From contig JANLFK010000001.1 in NCBI GenBank assembly GCA_024655945.1, positions 588,116 to 652,115 on the forward strand: DNA of 64,000 bases. Direction: 5' to 3'. The notes beneath the pieces were generated by a model that was not told where the DNA came from, searched no databases, and was given only the letters and a program-made list of their open reading frames with translations. Below are positions 8,401-16,797 of the stretch, in pieces. The stretch's first letter is position 1, and every line of letters starts with the position of its first letter. Origin of the DNA: Candidatus Zhuqueibacterota bacterium (GTDB lineage Bacteria > Zhuqueibacterota > Zhuqueibacteria > JANLFK01 > Oleimicrobiaceae). The translations under genes and the position numbers were made by a program.

Positions 8401-10587
8401 GACTGGTTCGAGGCGGACTCGGTGCTGCTCGTGCACGCCTCCCCTTCACCGGGATTTGCCTTTGGCGGCTGGGACGGGGATCTCAAGGGAAACGCCAACC
8501 CTGCTTCGCTTCTCATCGACCGGCCCAAAGAGGTCAGCGCGCTCTTTGTGCCCATGGGCATGGTGCGCGTCACCTCTGAACCAGAAAACCTGCTGGTCAT
8601 CGTGGATGGCACTTCGTGTCTGACGCCGCACGACTTTGTCTGGCAACCCGGTTCGGTGCACACCGTGGAGGCCGTGTCCCCCCAGCAATATGACCGCCTC
8701 AGGCACACCTTCCAGTTCTGGAACGACGGCGGCGCCCGGACCCACTCTGTGACGGTGACCGGACCGGCCGTGTTCGTCGCCCACTACCAGAAGGAGTTTT
8801 TCGTCGCCACGGCGTGTTCGCCTCCTGAGGGAGGGAGCATTGTGCCGCCGCCACCAGGCGCATGGGTTGCCGAGGGCGAAGCTCTTCTGCTCCAGGCCAC
8901 GGCAAATGGCGCCCAGGGTTACCTTTTCGCCGGCTGGAGCGGCGACCTTGTCGGGACAGACAACCCTGACACTCTGCTCGTCACCGAGCCGAAACAGGTC
9001 ACGGCGAACTTTGTGAAGATCGGGCACACCACGATCGCCACCGTACCCGAAGGCCTCTCTATAATCGTGGACGGCACCCGATACACTGCTCCGCAGGAGT
9101 TCGTCTGGGCCCCGGGGTCCAGTCACCTCATCGCCGTGGAGTCGCCACAGGCTGTGGCACCTGGCCTCCGCTACGTCTTCGAGGAGTGGAGCGACCACGG
9201 CGCTCAGAGCCACACCATCACTGCTTCAAGCGGGGCGTTCTACACCGCTTCCTTCCGGGCGGAGTACGCCGTATCCATCGCCGTCGAGCCGCAAGGAGCT
9301 GGCACGGTGGAGCTGTCACCCCCGGGTGGCTGGTACCAGGAAGGCGCTTCCGTAACCCTGACGGCGAGGCCCGACTCGGCGCAAGGCTATGAGTTCGCCC
9401 GGTGGAGCGGCCATTTGACCGGCAGCGACAACCCTGCGACCTTGGCGGTGGACTGCCCAAAGGCGGTGGTGGCGCACTTTGTGGCATCGGACGTGCTGCC
9501 GCCGCTTCTTGTCTATGTCTATCCCCCTGCCGGTGCCACCTTCGTGCCCACGAACACGGCAATTGATTTAGCTATCAGCGACAATCCTGGCGGACGCGGG
9601 CTCGACGCCAAGTCGGTCGTCGTCAGCGTGAACGGCACCACGGTCGTCAACGGCGGCTCGGTCCTGCCAGGACAGCAGGCCACCTTGCGCGTGCGCGACG
9701 GGCTGGCGACGTTGCATTTCGTGCCGGCTGTGCCACTTGCTCCCCAAAGGCCGGTTGAGGTCCGCGTGCAAGCGGCTGACCTGGCCTCGCGCCCGCACAC
9801 CCTCGACACCACCTTCACCTTCACCCTCGGGCCCTATCCGGTGCTCGTTACGGCCATGGAGACGATTGGCCCGCAGGGCGGCTTTGTAACCGACCCCGTG
9901 CACAAGCTGCAGATCAGCGTTCCTGCCGACGCCCTCTCCGACTCGACCACGATGACAATCGCCGTGGCTCCCAGCCCGCCACCGCTTCCGGACTCGCTTC
10001 TGGCTGTGGGTCCCACGTTCTACCTTGGACCGGACGGCCTGAGCTTCCTTGACTCGGTGACGGTGGCGATGCCCTACACCCAGGCCGACCTGGTGGCAAC
10101 AGGCGCCAATGAGCCATCGGCCATGCCGGTGTACCGCTTCGACACTGCACGTTCCCGGTGGGAGAGACTCCGAGTCGGCCGCGTCTACCGCAATTTCCTC
10201 CTGGTGCCGATGCGCAGCTTCTGCTACCTCCTCTTCTGCGGCCCGCGCGGCACGCAGGTGGTCACGGAACAGGCTCCGCTGCCGGAGGTCTTTGCGCTGC
10301 GCGGGGGCTTCCCCAACCCGTTCAACAGTGGTACCACCTTCGTTCTGGACCTCCCTCATCCCTGCGCGGTGAAATTGACCTTCTACGACGCCTCTGGCAG
10401 GAGAGTGGCGAGTGTCGATGCGGGGGTGCTGCCGGCGGGCAGCCATCGCCTGCCTTGGGAGGCCCGCGATGCCCGGGGAGACGCCTTGCCCACCGGCATC
10501 TACCTTTGCCGCGTGGAGGCAGGGGCGCCCGGTGCGTCTCGTTCCCCAGCCTTCATCGCCACCCGCAAAATCGCCTTAGTGCGCTGA
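5416..10587 (+). CDS. giant surface protein: cutinase/PETase-like alpha/beta hydrolase + Ig-like domain + about 10 InlB-B-like repeats + T9SS type-A C-terminal sorting domain
   Basis: Single 1723-aa ORF; N-terminal hydrophobic signal-like segment; nucleophile elbow GHSFGGG (Ser codon 5941-5943), Asp in GAELDAIN, His in GGNHMQF; repeats of type GGTVSP.PPG.W...VTL.A.P.PGY.F..WSG.....NP..L.M..P..V.A.F; C-terminus GGFPNPFNSGTTFVLDL...GIYLCRV. Confidence 0.85.
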   Translation: MDSESTWDGTRGPWRRRPRLVVPPLLGLVHFAAPLLFFLAAPTVLSADELQQYGVGRRDTTFYRAGRTLHTAVYYPATSSGSGAPLNTSGAPYPLLVFAIGKRMQVEHYLSYYEHLAASGYVVMAPQFPDVDSPSAYTWNEDLRDCITQALNARTVPGSVFYQAIDPGKIGLFGHSFGGGTVVGVAADDGRVRVTCAIAPNNPGNYSFNKMPNVHTPIHILGAELDAINSVEAIGRPLYERGNPDKALLVVKGGNHMQFSDYTGFDSVDTPATITRAQQLAITKEHLVNLFDAYLKGRSSARTQLYGTATLTKDSVFLWFETQAASASRLVYVSGNGQSAPPGQLTLLPVVFKVVDAQGNALPRHTVHFQITAGGGSLAGQTWRDLETDADGLVSIYPRLGPSEGVANNLIAVSAYKGTAHLTDSPQTVALSGTTQPLRRIVVHSDPATLTYQVDNVAYSSPQTFLWPTGSSHTVSAPSPQGEAAGTRFVFSSWSDGGALSHAYTVPARDDTLVVTFRTQYLLTLASAYGAPTGGGWYDAGSVASFRVDRHVPAGQARRMSLSGWVGTGSGSYSGPDSAATVTMHGPVTETAIWHTEFFLTTAQNPPAGGTVSPAPPGAWYDSSATVTLVATPAPGYAWGSWSGTINSTVNPLSFVMTGPTAATANFVRLALLTFRTEPPGLTVVVDTVSYVIPRTFSWLPGSVHTVSATSPQAGGAGVQYLFDSWSDGNPRTHNLVTPARDDTLVARFRTQFFLAVQSAHGSPRGQGWYDSGAQAAFSVTTPDSQAGTRHLFQQWTGDFTGTSPSGTVLMDRPKTVTALWKTQHLLTVLSPYCTASGAGWHDEGSQALFRVQPCVVYDSAGTRRVFAGWTGTGPGSYTGPDSTGTIVVQGPVTEVASWQTQYQLTVSSPYGSPVGAGWYPAGATAHFAVTSPEVEGLRRHVFRRWSGHFSGTQPAGTLVMRGPRTVTAEWGDQFYLAITAEPPEGGTVTPQPPGDWFEADSVLLVHASPSPGFAFGGWDGDLKGNANPASLLIDRPKEVSALFVPMGMVRVTSEPENLLVIVDGTSCLTPHDFVWQPGSVHTVEAVSPQQYDRLRHTFQFWNDGGARTHSVTVTGPAVFVAHYQKEFFVATACSPPEGGSIVPPPPGAWVAEGEALLLQATANGAQGYLFAGWSGDLVGTDNPDTLLVTEPKQVTANFVKIGHTTIATVPEGLSIIVDGTRYTAPQEFVWAPGSSHLIAVESPQAVAPGLRYVFEEWSDHGAQSHTITASSGAFYTASFRAEYAVSIAVEPQGAGTVELSPPGGWYQEGASVTLTARPDSAQGYEFARWSGHLTGSDNPATLAVDCPKAVVAHFVASDVLPPLLVYVYPPAGATFVPTNTAIDLAISDNPGGRGLDAKSVVVSVNGTTVVNGGSVLPGQQATLRVRDGLATLHFVPAVPLAPQRPVEVRVQAADLASRPHTLDTTFTFTLGPYPVLVTAMETIGPQGGFVTDPVHKLQISVPADALSDSTTMTIAVAPSPPPLPDSLLAVGPTFYLGPDGLSFLDSVTVAMPYTQADLVATGANEPSAMPVYRFDTARSRWERLRVGRVYRNFLLVPMRSFCYLLFCGPRGTQVVTEQAPLPEVFALRGGFPNPFNSGTTFVLDLPHPCAVKLTFYDASGRRVASVDAGVLPAGSHRLPWEARDARGDALPTGIYLCRVEAGAPGASRSPAFIATRKIALVR
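6700..9500 (+). repeat. tandem protein-domain repeats (InlB B-repeat-like, with Ig-like spacers) inside the giant CDS
   Basis: Recurring about 70-aa modules with conserved W/G/P positions seen at least 10 times in the translation; the DNA copies are divergent. Confidence 0.6.
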
Positions 10588-11374
10588 GGGGCTGGTAGGC
10601 TTTCCCCATTCGCAAACTGCCGGGTGCCTCGCCGCCGATAACGGCTGACGAGCCTTGTGGCCGTTGTGAGGACCCTCAGTGGCCAAGAAGAACCACAGAT
10701 TGGTACAGATTCCCAAGGATGCGAGCCAACCCCCACTCATGAAGCCCTGAACTGTCGCCACCAGCGGTCCGTCAACCTCCAAGGATTCTAACCGCTGGTC
10801 AGCTCTGACGTTGTCATCGGCGCCTCTCACCGGAGTTCATACAACCACAGCTTGAGGCGGATCTCCACGGAGTGAGCTGAGACAAGATCGCGCAGGCGGC
10901 TGAGCCGTTCGGTCTGCCAATGACCGCGGACTTGGCCGCCGATGTCCGTTGCCGACATTTTGCTGGGCCATATCGCCACGTGCCCGCCGCTCATGACGGA
11001 CCACAGATAGGCACCGATGTTCACTGCCAGAAGACCAGACCGGCAAGAGTCGCTGATTTGCCGCCTCCGGTCGGCGGAGCCCGAGGCCTTGCCGTCGCAA
11101 GGACATGCCGATGAGCTTTCATCCGCTGTCAGCGGTCCAGGAGAACCCGCATTGTGGGAGACGTGGCCACGAGTCTTCGCCGAGCGGGAGAATGGGAGAT
11201 GGTCGCCTATGGCGATACCAGCCCTGGCCCTCGGGCGACGGCCCGCAAGTCCTACCTCCCGTATCAGTGCCCATCAATGATTCATGGTGAAAACCGGGTT
11301 GGCGCCGATCTTGACACGGAGTAATTGACCAAACCATCAGCATCTGGCCTCTCTCCCGCACGCGATTTTTTTTC

Positions 11375-11403
11375 TTGACTTTTCTTTGGAAATTGCTTAT
11401 TAC
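11375..11403 (+). promoter_or_regulatory. sigma-70-like promoter (TTGACT-17-TATTAC) with upstream T-run
   Basis: TTGACT at 11375-11380, 17-nt spacer, TATTAC at 11398-11403; followed by GGAGGAGGA and a GTG at 11432. Confidence 0.35.
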
Positions 11404-11671
11404 GTCAGCACGATAAGGGGAGGAGGACATTGTGAACAATCGGCGCGGGGGAAAACCGCAAAGGTTGGCCGTAGCGTGTGGGAAGCGAACCTGGGAAGTG
11501 GGGGCTGCGAAGATCGGGCCCCTCCGCCTGCTGCGGAGAGGCAATGTACCCCGCGCGTACTTGCTCCGCACTGAGCGGGTGCCGGACACTGCACGGCGCG
11601 CAGAGGTTGCATGTTTCACCGCCAAAGAAAACGACTCGTCGCCTCTTAGGCTCTAACAGGCGCCCTACTCC

Positions 11672-14125
11672 TTGCCGTATTTGTCCTGCTCTGGCCCTCT
11701 TCCGAGGCTCTGCAGGACCCCAAGCTCTTGCCCTACCGACTTGTTCCCGTCAAAGAACTGCCCCCCTCTCCTCACGACCCACGATGCTAACCACGACGGC
11801 TACGATGAGTGCTACCATGCGCGGAGTCTTGGTCCTGCCAAAGCGCTCACTGGGACCATCGAGCAGCGGGACCACAGGGGGAATAGCACAGAGCAGTACA
11901 ACTTCCCTGGTGCAGAGACAGCTTCTCTCAGCTTTGCGGACTTGGTGGGCGACGGCCGCGAGGAACTGGTTGTCTGGCTCCTCCGCAATGACACTGCCTT
12001 TGTGGATATCCGCACCACGGACGACCAGCGGGTGACCCGCTTCCCTGCGCTCACCACCGACGAGCATACCAACCTCGACAACATCGGACGCTGGGATTGC
12101 CCAGGGTTCCTAATCGACAGCCGCGACTTGGACGGGGACGGGCAGAATGACCTGATCTTTCTGGTGCGCACAGGACATGCCGGGTCTCCCCGCGGTCTTT
12201 TCGCTTTCCGGTTTCCAGACGGCGCCATCTTATGGCAGGAGAAGATGGTGGCGTTTCCCACCGCGTCACTCGCCACCGACTTGGAAGGGGACGGGCTGCC
12301 GGAGTATGTACTCGGCACGGACACCCCACAGAATCTAAGGGCGCCAATCAACGGCACGAAGGACGACGTGGCTTACCTAATGGTCTTTGACCATGACGGC
12401 AAAAGACTTTTTAGGAAAGAGCTCGCCGCCAAGGGTACGTTTGTCCGCACCTACCAGTTCCGCGAGCACGCCCAGGGAACGGCGCGGTGCGCAGTCTTGT
12501 GTAACCGGGTCCAGAAGGAAGCACAGGTCCTGCCCAGCGACCTCTTCGAGATGGAATTCCCGCAGCTGGCCCTGCGCCGTCTCTTGCCGCCGCCTCCCTT
12601 CTCCCGCTCGGCCTTCACCATTGCCGACCTCGATGAAGATGGTATCTCCGAAGCCTTGCTCGTTGCCGAAGACTCGAGGGCTCAACTTTACCGCTATAGT
12701 GTCGACAAACGGGTTTTTGTGCCCCAACTGGAACGCAAGGTGCCCGTTCAGGGCATAGATGGTGCAGCCGGCGTCGCGTGCTACGACCTCAACCTGGACG
12801 GTACTAAGGAAGTAGTGTGCGAGACGCTCAGAGGGTTTGTCGTGCTCGACGCGCGGCTAAGGCTCCTCGGAGCAGATGCTGGCCTGGGAGGCCCCTTACT
12901 CATAAGACGGGGGAAAGAGAAGCCCCTGCTGGTAGCCAATCGTAGAGACCGAGAGGGCTCCCTCCTTCTGCGGTTCGAACCAACCCCGCATCTCTGGTGG
13001 AACTGTGCGGCCATCGTGGCGCCCCCATTGGCCGTAGTGGTGGTGCTTGGTCTGCTCACCTGGCACTTCTTGCTTTCGCTCTCCGCCTACTGCAGCCTCC
13101 CTGTGCTTAGCCCTACAGCGAACTGGGTGCGGTTAGACCGCCACCTGCGCCCACGGGAGTGGAGCGGGGCGCTGGCCGAGCGGGTCAACCGGAGCACGAC
13201 CTCAATTTCCTTGGGCGACCTCCTGCCACCGAGCGCCGTGCAGTATGTGCAAGGTTGGCTGAGGGTACATGGTGCCCACAGTGCCGAGAGCGTTCAGGAG
13301 CTCGAACTGCCGGACCGAACGCACGGCCTCTTCATCTTCGAGTGGTACCCCCGGCCTGGGCTAACTCTCTCCGGTGGTGGCGTCCTTCTCTGGCGCCAGC
13401 TCCCCGTCTCCGCGCCGTTCCGCTCCGGGGAGTGGCTCAAACTGACCCGCGGCATGGTCCACGACCTGAACAATCCCCTTTCGGCGGCACTGACACTGCT
13501 GGGACGCCTGCGGCGGGAGTTGCAGCCCACAGTCCAAAATCAGGATCAATGCCAGGAGCACCTCGGAGAGATGGAGAACCAGGTCGTGCAAGCGCGCAAC
13601 ACGGCCCTTCGCTTACCCTCTTTGATGGACTTGGCATCGCACAAGCCACGCCCATGCGATGTGAACGCTCTGGTCGAAGAAGTTTGCAAGCAGTTCCGTG
13701 GCGAGGTGGGGCCGGAGGTACTCTTTCACCTCAACGCTGGCAAGGACCTCCCCCTGGTGCACGTGGCGCACGATGCCTTGCGCATGGCCCTGCGCAACGT
13801 CATCCAGAACGCGGTGGAAGCGGTGGGCAAACGTGGGAACATCTTCCTCACCACCTACCGTGAAAGCAGGCAGCGCCCGGAGAGCAGCCAGTGGGAAGAG
13901 TGGATTGTCATCGAGGTTCTCGACGACGGGCCGGGCATCCCGCCGGACCTTCTGGGCAGGCTGTTTGAGCCTGGTGTGACCACCAAGCCAGGAGGCTCAG
14001 GCGTCGGTCTCGCCATTACCAAGGAGATAATGCAGTCGCTGCAAGGCGACGTGCGCGTCGAGTGCCCAGGGGGGCACGGTACCTCGGTCACGTTGAGCAT
14101 TCCGGTGCGCCACCCTCCCGCCTAA
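11672..14125 (+). CDS. sensor histidine kinase with FG-GAP/VCBS-like beta-propeller sensor domain (N-terminus unresolved)
   Basis: Repeats FADLVGDGREEL, DLDGDGQNDL, DLEGDGLPEY, DLDEDGISE, DLNLDGTKE; hydrophobic segment AAIVAPPLAVVVVLGLLTWHFLL; H-box MVHDLNNPLSA; HATPase_c G-boxes DDGPGIP and GGSGVGL. The track start is the first TTG after a stop; a signal-like segment lies upstream in another frame. Confidence 0.8.
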   Translation: MPYLSCSGPLPRLCRTPSSCPTDLFPSKNCPPLLTTHDANHDGYDECYHARSLGPAKALTGTIEQRDHRGNSTEQYNFPGAETASLSFADLVGDGREELVVWLLRNDTAFVDIRTTDDQRVTRFPALTTDEHTNLDNIGRWDCPGFLIDSRDLDGDGQNDLIFLVRTGHAGSPRGLFAFRFPDGAILWQEKMVAFPTASLATDLEGDGLPEYVLGTDTPQNLRAPINGTKDDVAYLMVFDHDGKRLFRKELAAKGTFVRTYQFREHAQGTARCAVLCNRVQKEAQVLPSDLFEMEFPQLALRRLLPPPPFSRSAFTIADLDEDGISEALLVAEDSRAQLYRYSVDKRVFVPQLERKVPVQGIDGAAGVACYDLNLDGTKEVVCETLRGFVVLDARLRLLGADAGLGGPLLIRRGKEKPLLVANRRDREGSLLLRFEPTPHLWWNCAAIVAPPLAVVVVLGLLTWHFLLSLSAYCSLPVLSPTANWVRLDRHLRPREWSGALAERVNRSTTSISLGDLLPPSAVQYVQGWLRVHGAHSAESVQELELPDRTHGLFIFEWYPRPGLTLSGGGVLLWRQLPVSAPFRSGEWLKLTRGMVHDLNNPLSAALTLLGRLRRELQPTVQNQDQCQEHLGEMENQVVQARNTALRLPSLMDLASHKPRPCDVNALVEEVCKQFRGEVGPEVLFHLNAGKDLPLVHVAHDALRMALRNVIQNAVEAVGKRGNIFLTTYRESRQRPESSQWEEWIVIEVLDDGPGIPPDLLGRLFEPGVTTKPGGSGVGLAITKEIMQSLQGDVRVECPGGHGTSVTLSIPVRHPPA

Positions 14126-14189
14126 GGCACGCTGGCACGCCGGTTGCACTCGCTCCCAGGCCATCTCACAAAAATCGTGGCAGGAGCTC

Positions 14190-15563
14190 ATGGAAGAACC
14201 TATTCGTGTCCTGATCGCTGACGACAACCGCAACCTCCGCCTGCAGCTGCGCGATATCGCCGAGGAAGCGGGTTACCAGGTGGAAGAGGCAGCTGATGGC
14301 GAGGAGGCGATCGGCCGGCTGTCCGATGCCGATTACGACCTGCTGCTCCTCGACCTGCAGATGCCCAAGCTCTCCGGCCTGCAGGTGCTGGAACGTGCCA
14401 AAGGCCTGGCGCACCCCCCGGAAGTGTTGATCGTTACCGACTATGCCACCGTTGACGCTGCCGTAGAGGCGACGCGCTTAGGGGCATTCGACTTTATCGA
14501 GCGTGACGCCGTGGAACGGCGCCTGCCGGTGAGCATGCGCAATGCGCTGCAAAAGCGGCAGATAGAACCTGAGAACCAGCAGCTGCGCAGCCTTCGCGAG
14601 CCTGGCGAACTGCTGGGCACCAGCGCGGTGATGGCTGCCCTGCGCCAGCGCATTGCCCAGGTGGCCAAAAGCGACAGCACCGTGCTCATTCTCGGCGAGA
14701 GCGGCTCAGGCAAGGAGCTGGTGGCACGGGCCCTCCATCAACAGAGCCCGCGCGCCGCCAAGCCGTTTGTCGTGGTCAACTGCAGCGCCCTGAGCGACAC
14801 GCTGTTGGAGAGCGAGCTCTTCGGGCACGTGAAGGGGGCCTTCACGGGTGCCCACTCCGCCAAGAGGGGCATGTTCGAATGTGCCGATTCCGGCACTATC
14901 TTCCTCGATGAGATCGGCGACATGAGTCCGGCTGCCCAGGCAAAGGTCTTGCATGTGTTGGAGTACGGTGACGTGCACAAGGTGGGCTCCTTAGAGAGCA
15001 TTCGCGTGAACGTGCGCGTGCTGGCTGCAACTAATCGCCAGTTGGAACAGGATGTTGCCGAGGGTCGTTTTCGGCCCGACCTCTACCATAGGCTGAAGGT
15101 AGTCGTCTTGCACGTCCCGCCCTTGCGCGAGCACCCGGAGGATATCCCCCTCCTGGCCAACCACTTCTTGCGCACCTTTTGTGAGTTGAACCGCCGCCCA
15201 CCGGCGACTCTCGCCCCTGAAGCGTTGCAACTTCTCTTCCGCTACCATTGGCCCAACAATATCCGCGAGTTGCGCAACCTCATGGAGAGGGTGTGGATCC
15301 TGTGCAGCTCTGAGGTGGTAAACGCCTGGGAGTTAGAGCAGGTGTGGGAAAAAGAAGAGGGGCAGGTACCGGAGTCCCTGTTCCGTGGTCAGATTGTGCC
15401 GCTTGCGGAGGCCTGGCGCCAGTTTGAGCGGGCGTACATCAGGCGGGCCTTGGTCGCCTGCCGGGGCAACGTCAGCGAAACCGCGCGGCTTCTGCAGATC
15501 AACAGGAGTCATTTGCATGTGAAGATGAGGGAGTTGGGGGTGGGGGGCGGGCCAGCGTCGTAA
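14190..15563 (+). CDS. sigma-54-dependent response regulator (NtrC/Fis family: REC + AAA+ + HTH)
   Basis: REC domain LIADDN...LLLLDLQMP; Walker A GESGSGKE; GAFTGA-type sigma-54 interaction motif (GAFTGA); C-terminal HTH; ATG at 14190 with AGGAG upstream. Confidence 0.9.
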   Translation: MEEPIRVLIADDNRNLRLQLRDIAEEAGYQVEEAADGEEAIGRLSDADYDLLLLDLQMPKLSGLQVLERAKGLAHPPEVLIVTDYATVDAAVEATRLGAFDFIERDAVERRLPVSMRNALQKRQIEPENQQLRSLREPGELLGTSAVMAALRQRIAQVAKSDSTVLILGESGSGKELVARALHQQSPRAAKPFVVVNCSALSDTLLESELFGHVKGAFTGAHSAKRGMFECADSGTIFLDEIGDMSPAAQAKVLHVLEYGDVHKVGSLESIRVNVRVLAATNRQLEQDVAEGRFRPDLYHRLKVVVLHVPPLREHPEDIPLLANHFLRTFCELNRRPPATLAPEALQLLFRYHWPNNIRELRNLMERVWILCSSEVVNAWELEQVWEKEEGQVPESLFRGQIVPLAEAWRQFERAYIRRALVACRGNVSETARLLQINRSHLHVKMRELGVGGGPAS

Positions 15564-16797
15564 ATCGGGGTTGGTTTTGCGCTCTGCCTGCCGCAAAAGG
15601 ACAGGAACGTGAGGAAGTCTGTTGGAAAAGCCCAACACAGTGTGGGAAGAATCCTACAGTAGCGTGACGAACTTGCAGTAAGGTGTGGAAAGAGCCCTTT
15701 GCCTCCTTCTCGACTTCGAGGCCAGGAGGAACCAACGAGAGGGCACGAAGATTGCGTTATGCGATTATCGAGCGGCCTCGATGACCACTTCATCCCTTGT
15801 GAGAAGAGGATCCCAGGATCAGCAAAGGGGAACACTCAACGCTGCAGGAGTCGGCGGCGTTAAGCCAGCGGGTTCTCTTTTGGAGCGGGTTGAAGTGCAT
15901 TATTGGAGGGTCGGCGCCTGATGTTACCCCGAACGGGAAAGCGCTACATTGGGCGTTAGAGTTCGTGAACACTGTGTTCATCATGAGAGAAAGAGCCGCT
16001 CGCTGGCTAAGGTACTACGGTTAGCGGTGAAGCCGAGCTATGAACACGGGCGGGCTTTCTTTCCTCGCCCGATCGGACTCCCCGGGAAGGGGAGTGTTGT
16101 TGGACTGATGACAGTAGGGTTGCTGAGGCCACGGACTTTAGACACCCGCGATTGAGAGTAGGAGTACAGGCAAAGATACCTAACTTCGCAGCATGTTAAC
16201 CCTTGTTGGTGTCCTCTGAGATTCGGGTGGTGTGAAACATGGGGAGAGACACAGGCCCCGAAGGGCATCGGTACCGTACGGGAGCGCCTGCGCGACTGAT
16301 CAGTGAGGTCTTCAGATTCCTTAAACAAGTTGGAAGGAGTAGGAGTGAGACTCACGGCCATGCAGGCGCCGAAGCAGGCATGAGGACGTAACCCGGTTAC
16401 GTCGAGAGTTCCTCCCGGCGCTGCTCACTGGGTGGAACGGGGTGGGAAGTCAAGCCATTTAGAGGCCTCGCGACGATGGATGGACGGGCAGGTACGGCTT
16501 GCAGGTAGGTAGGGACCCACCAATGTGGAAAGAGCAGGAATGGGTGGCAACTCTATGTGGCCCCCCTGCGAGAGAAGGATGCTGTAGCTTCTTCACAGGG
16601 GACCGAGCAGTCAAGTTTGTCTATCAGAACGGGGGACATCTTGTGAAGGCTCCACCTCACGGGTGGAGTATACCCCAAAAGCATGGTGGGCCGCTATCCG
16701 CTGGAGCGGTGGATTGAAGCCTTTCGATGTCCTTACCCTGGAGTGATCCAGATGAGAAACGAGCGAAAATAGAATTGTCAGTCTCCATAACGCACTT
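15564..16797. other. ORF-free, purine-skewed 1.2-kb segment: candidate structured noncoding RNA or heavily decayed gene
   Basis: No ORF above about 110 aa in any frame; plus strand rich in G and A; several GNRA-like loops and clean hairpins (e.g. CTCCCC-GGGAA-GGGGAG at 16078-16094); 12-nt exact repeat TGTGGAAAGAGC at 15684-15695 and 16524-16535; composition differs from flanking genes. Confidence 0.25.

Noticed and set aside
15564-16797. Specific identity for the ORF-free segment (RNase P, tmRNA, rRNA fragment, group II intron, cobalamin riboswitch)
   Set aside because: I looked for GGAAAGTCCGG-type RNase P P4 sequence, tmRNA tRNA-like ends, 16S/23S signature strings, group II domain V and the B12 box, and found none by eye. 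Homology cannot be excluded without a covariance-model search, so only a generic candidate is reported.
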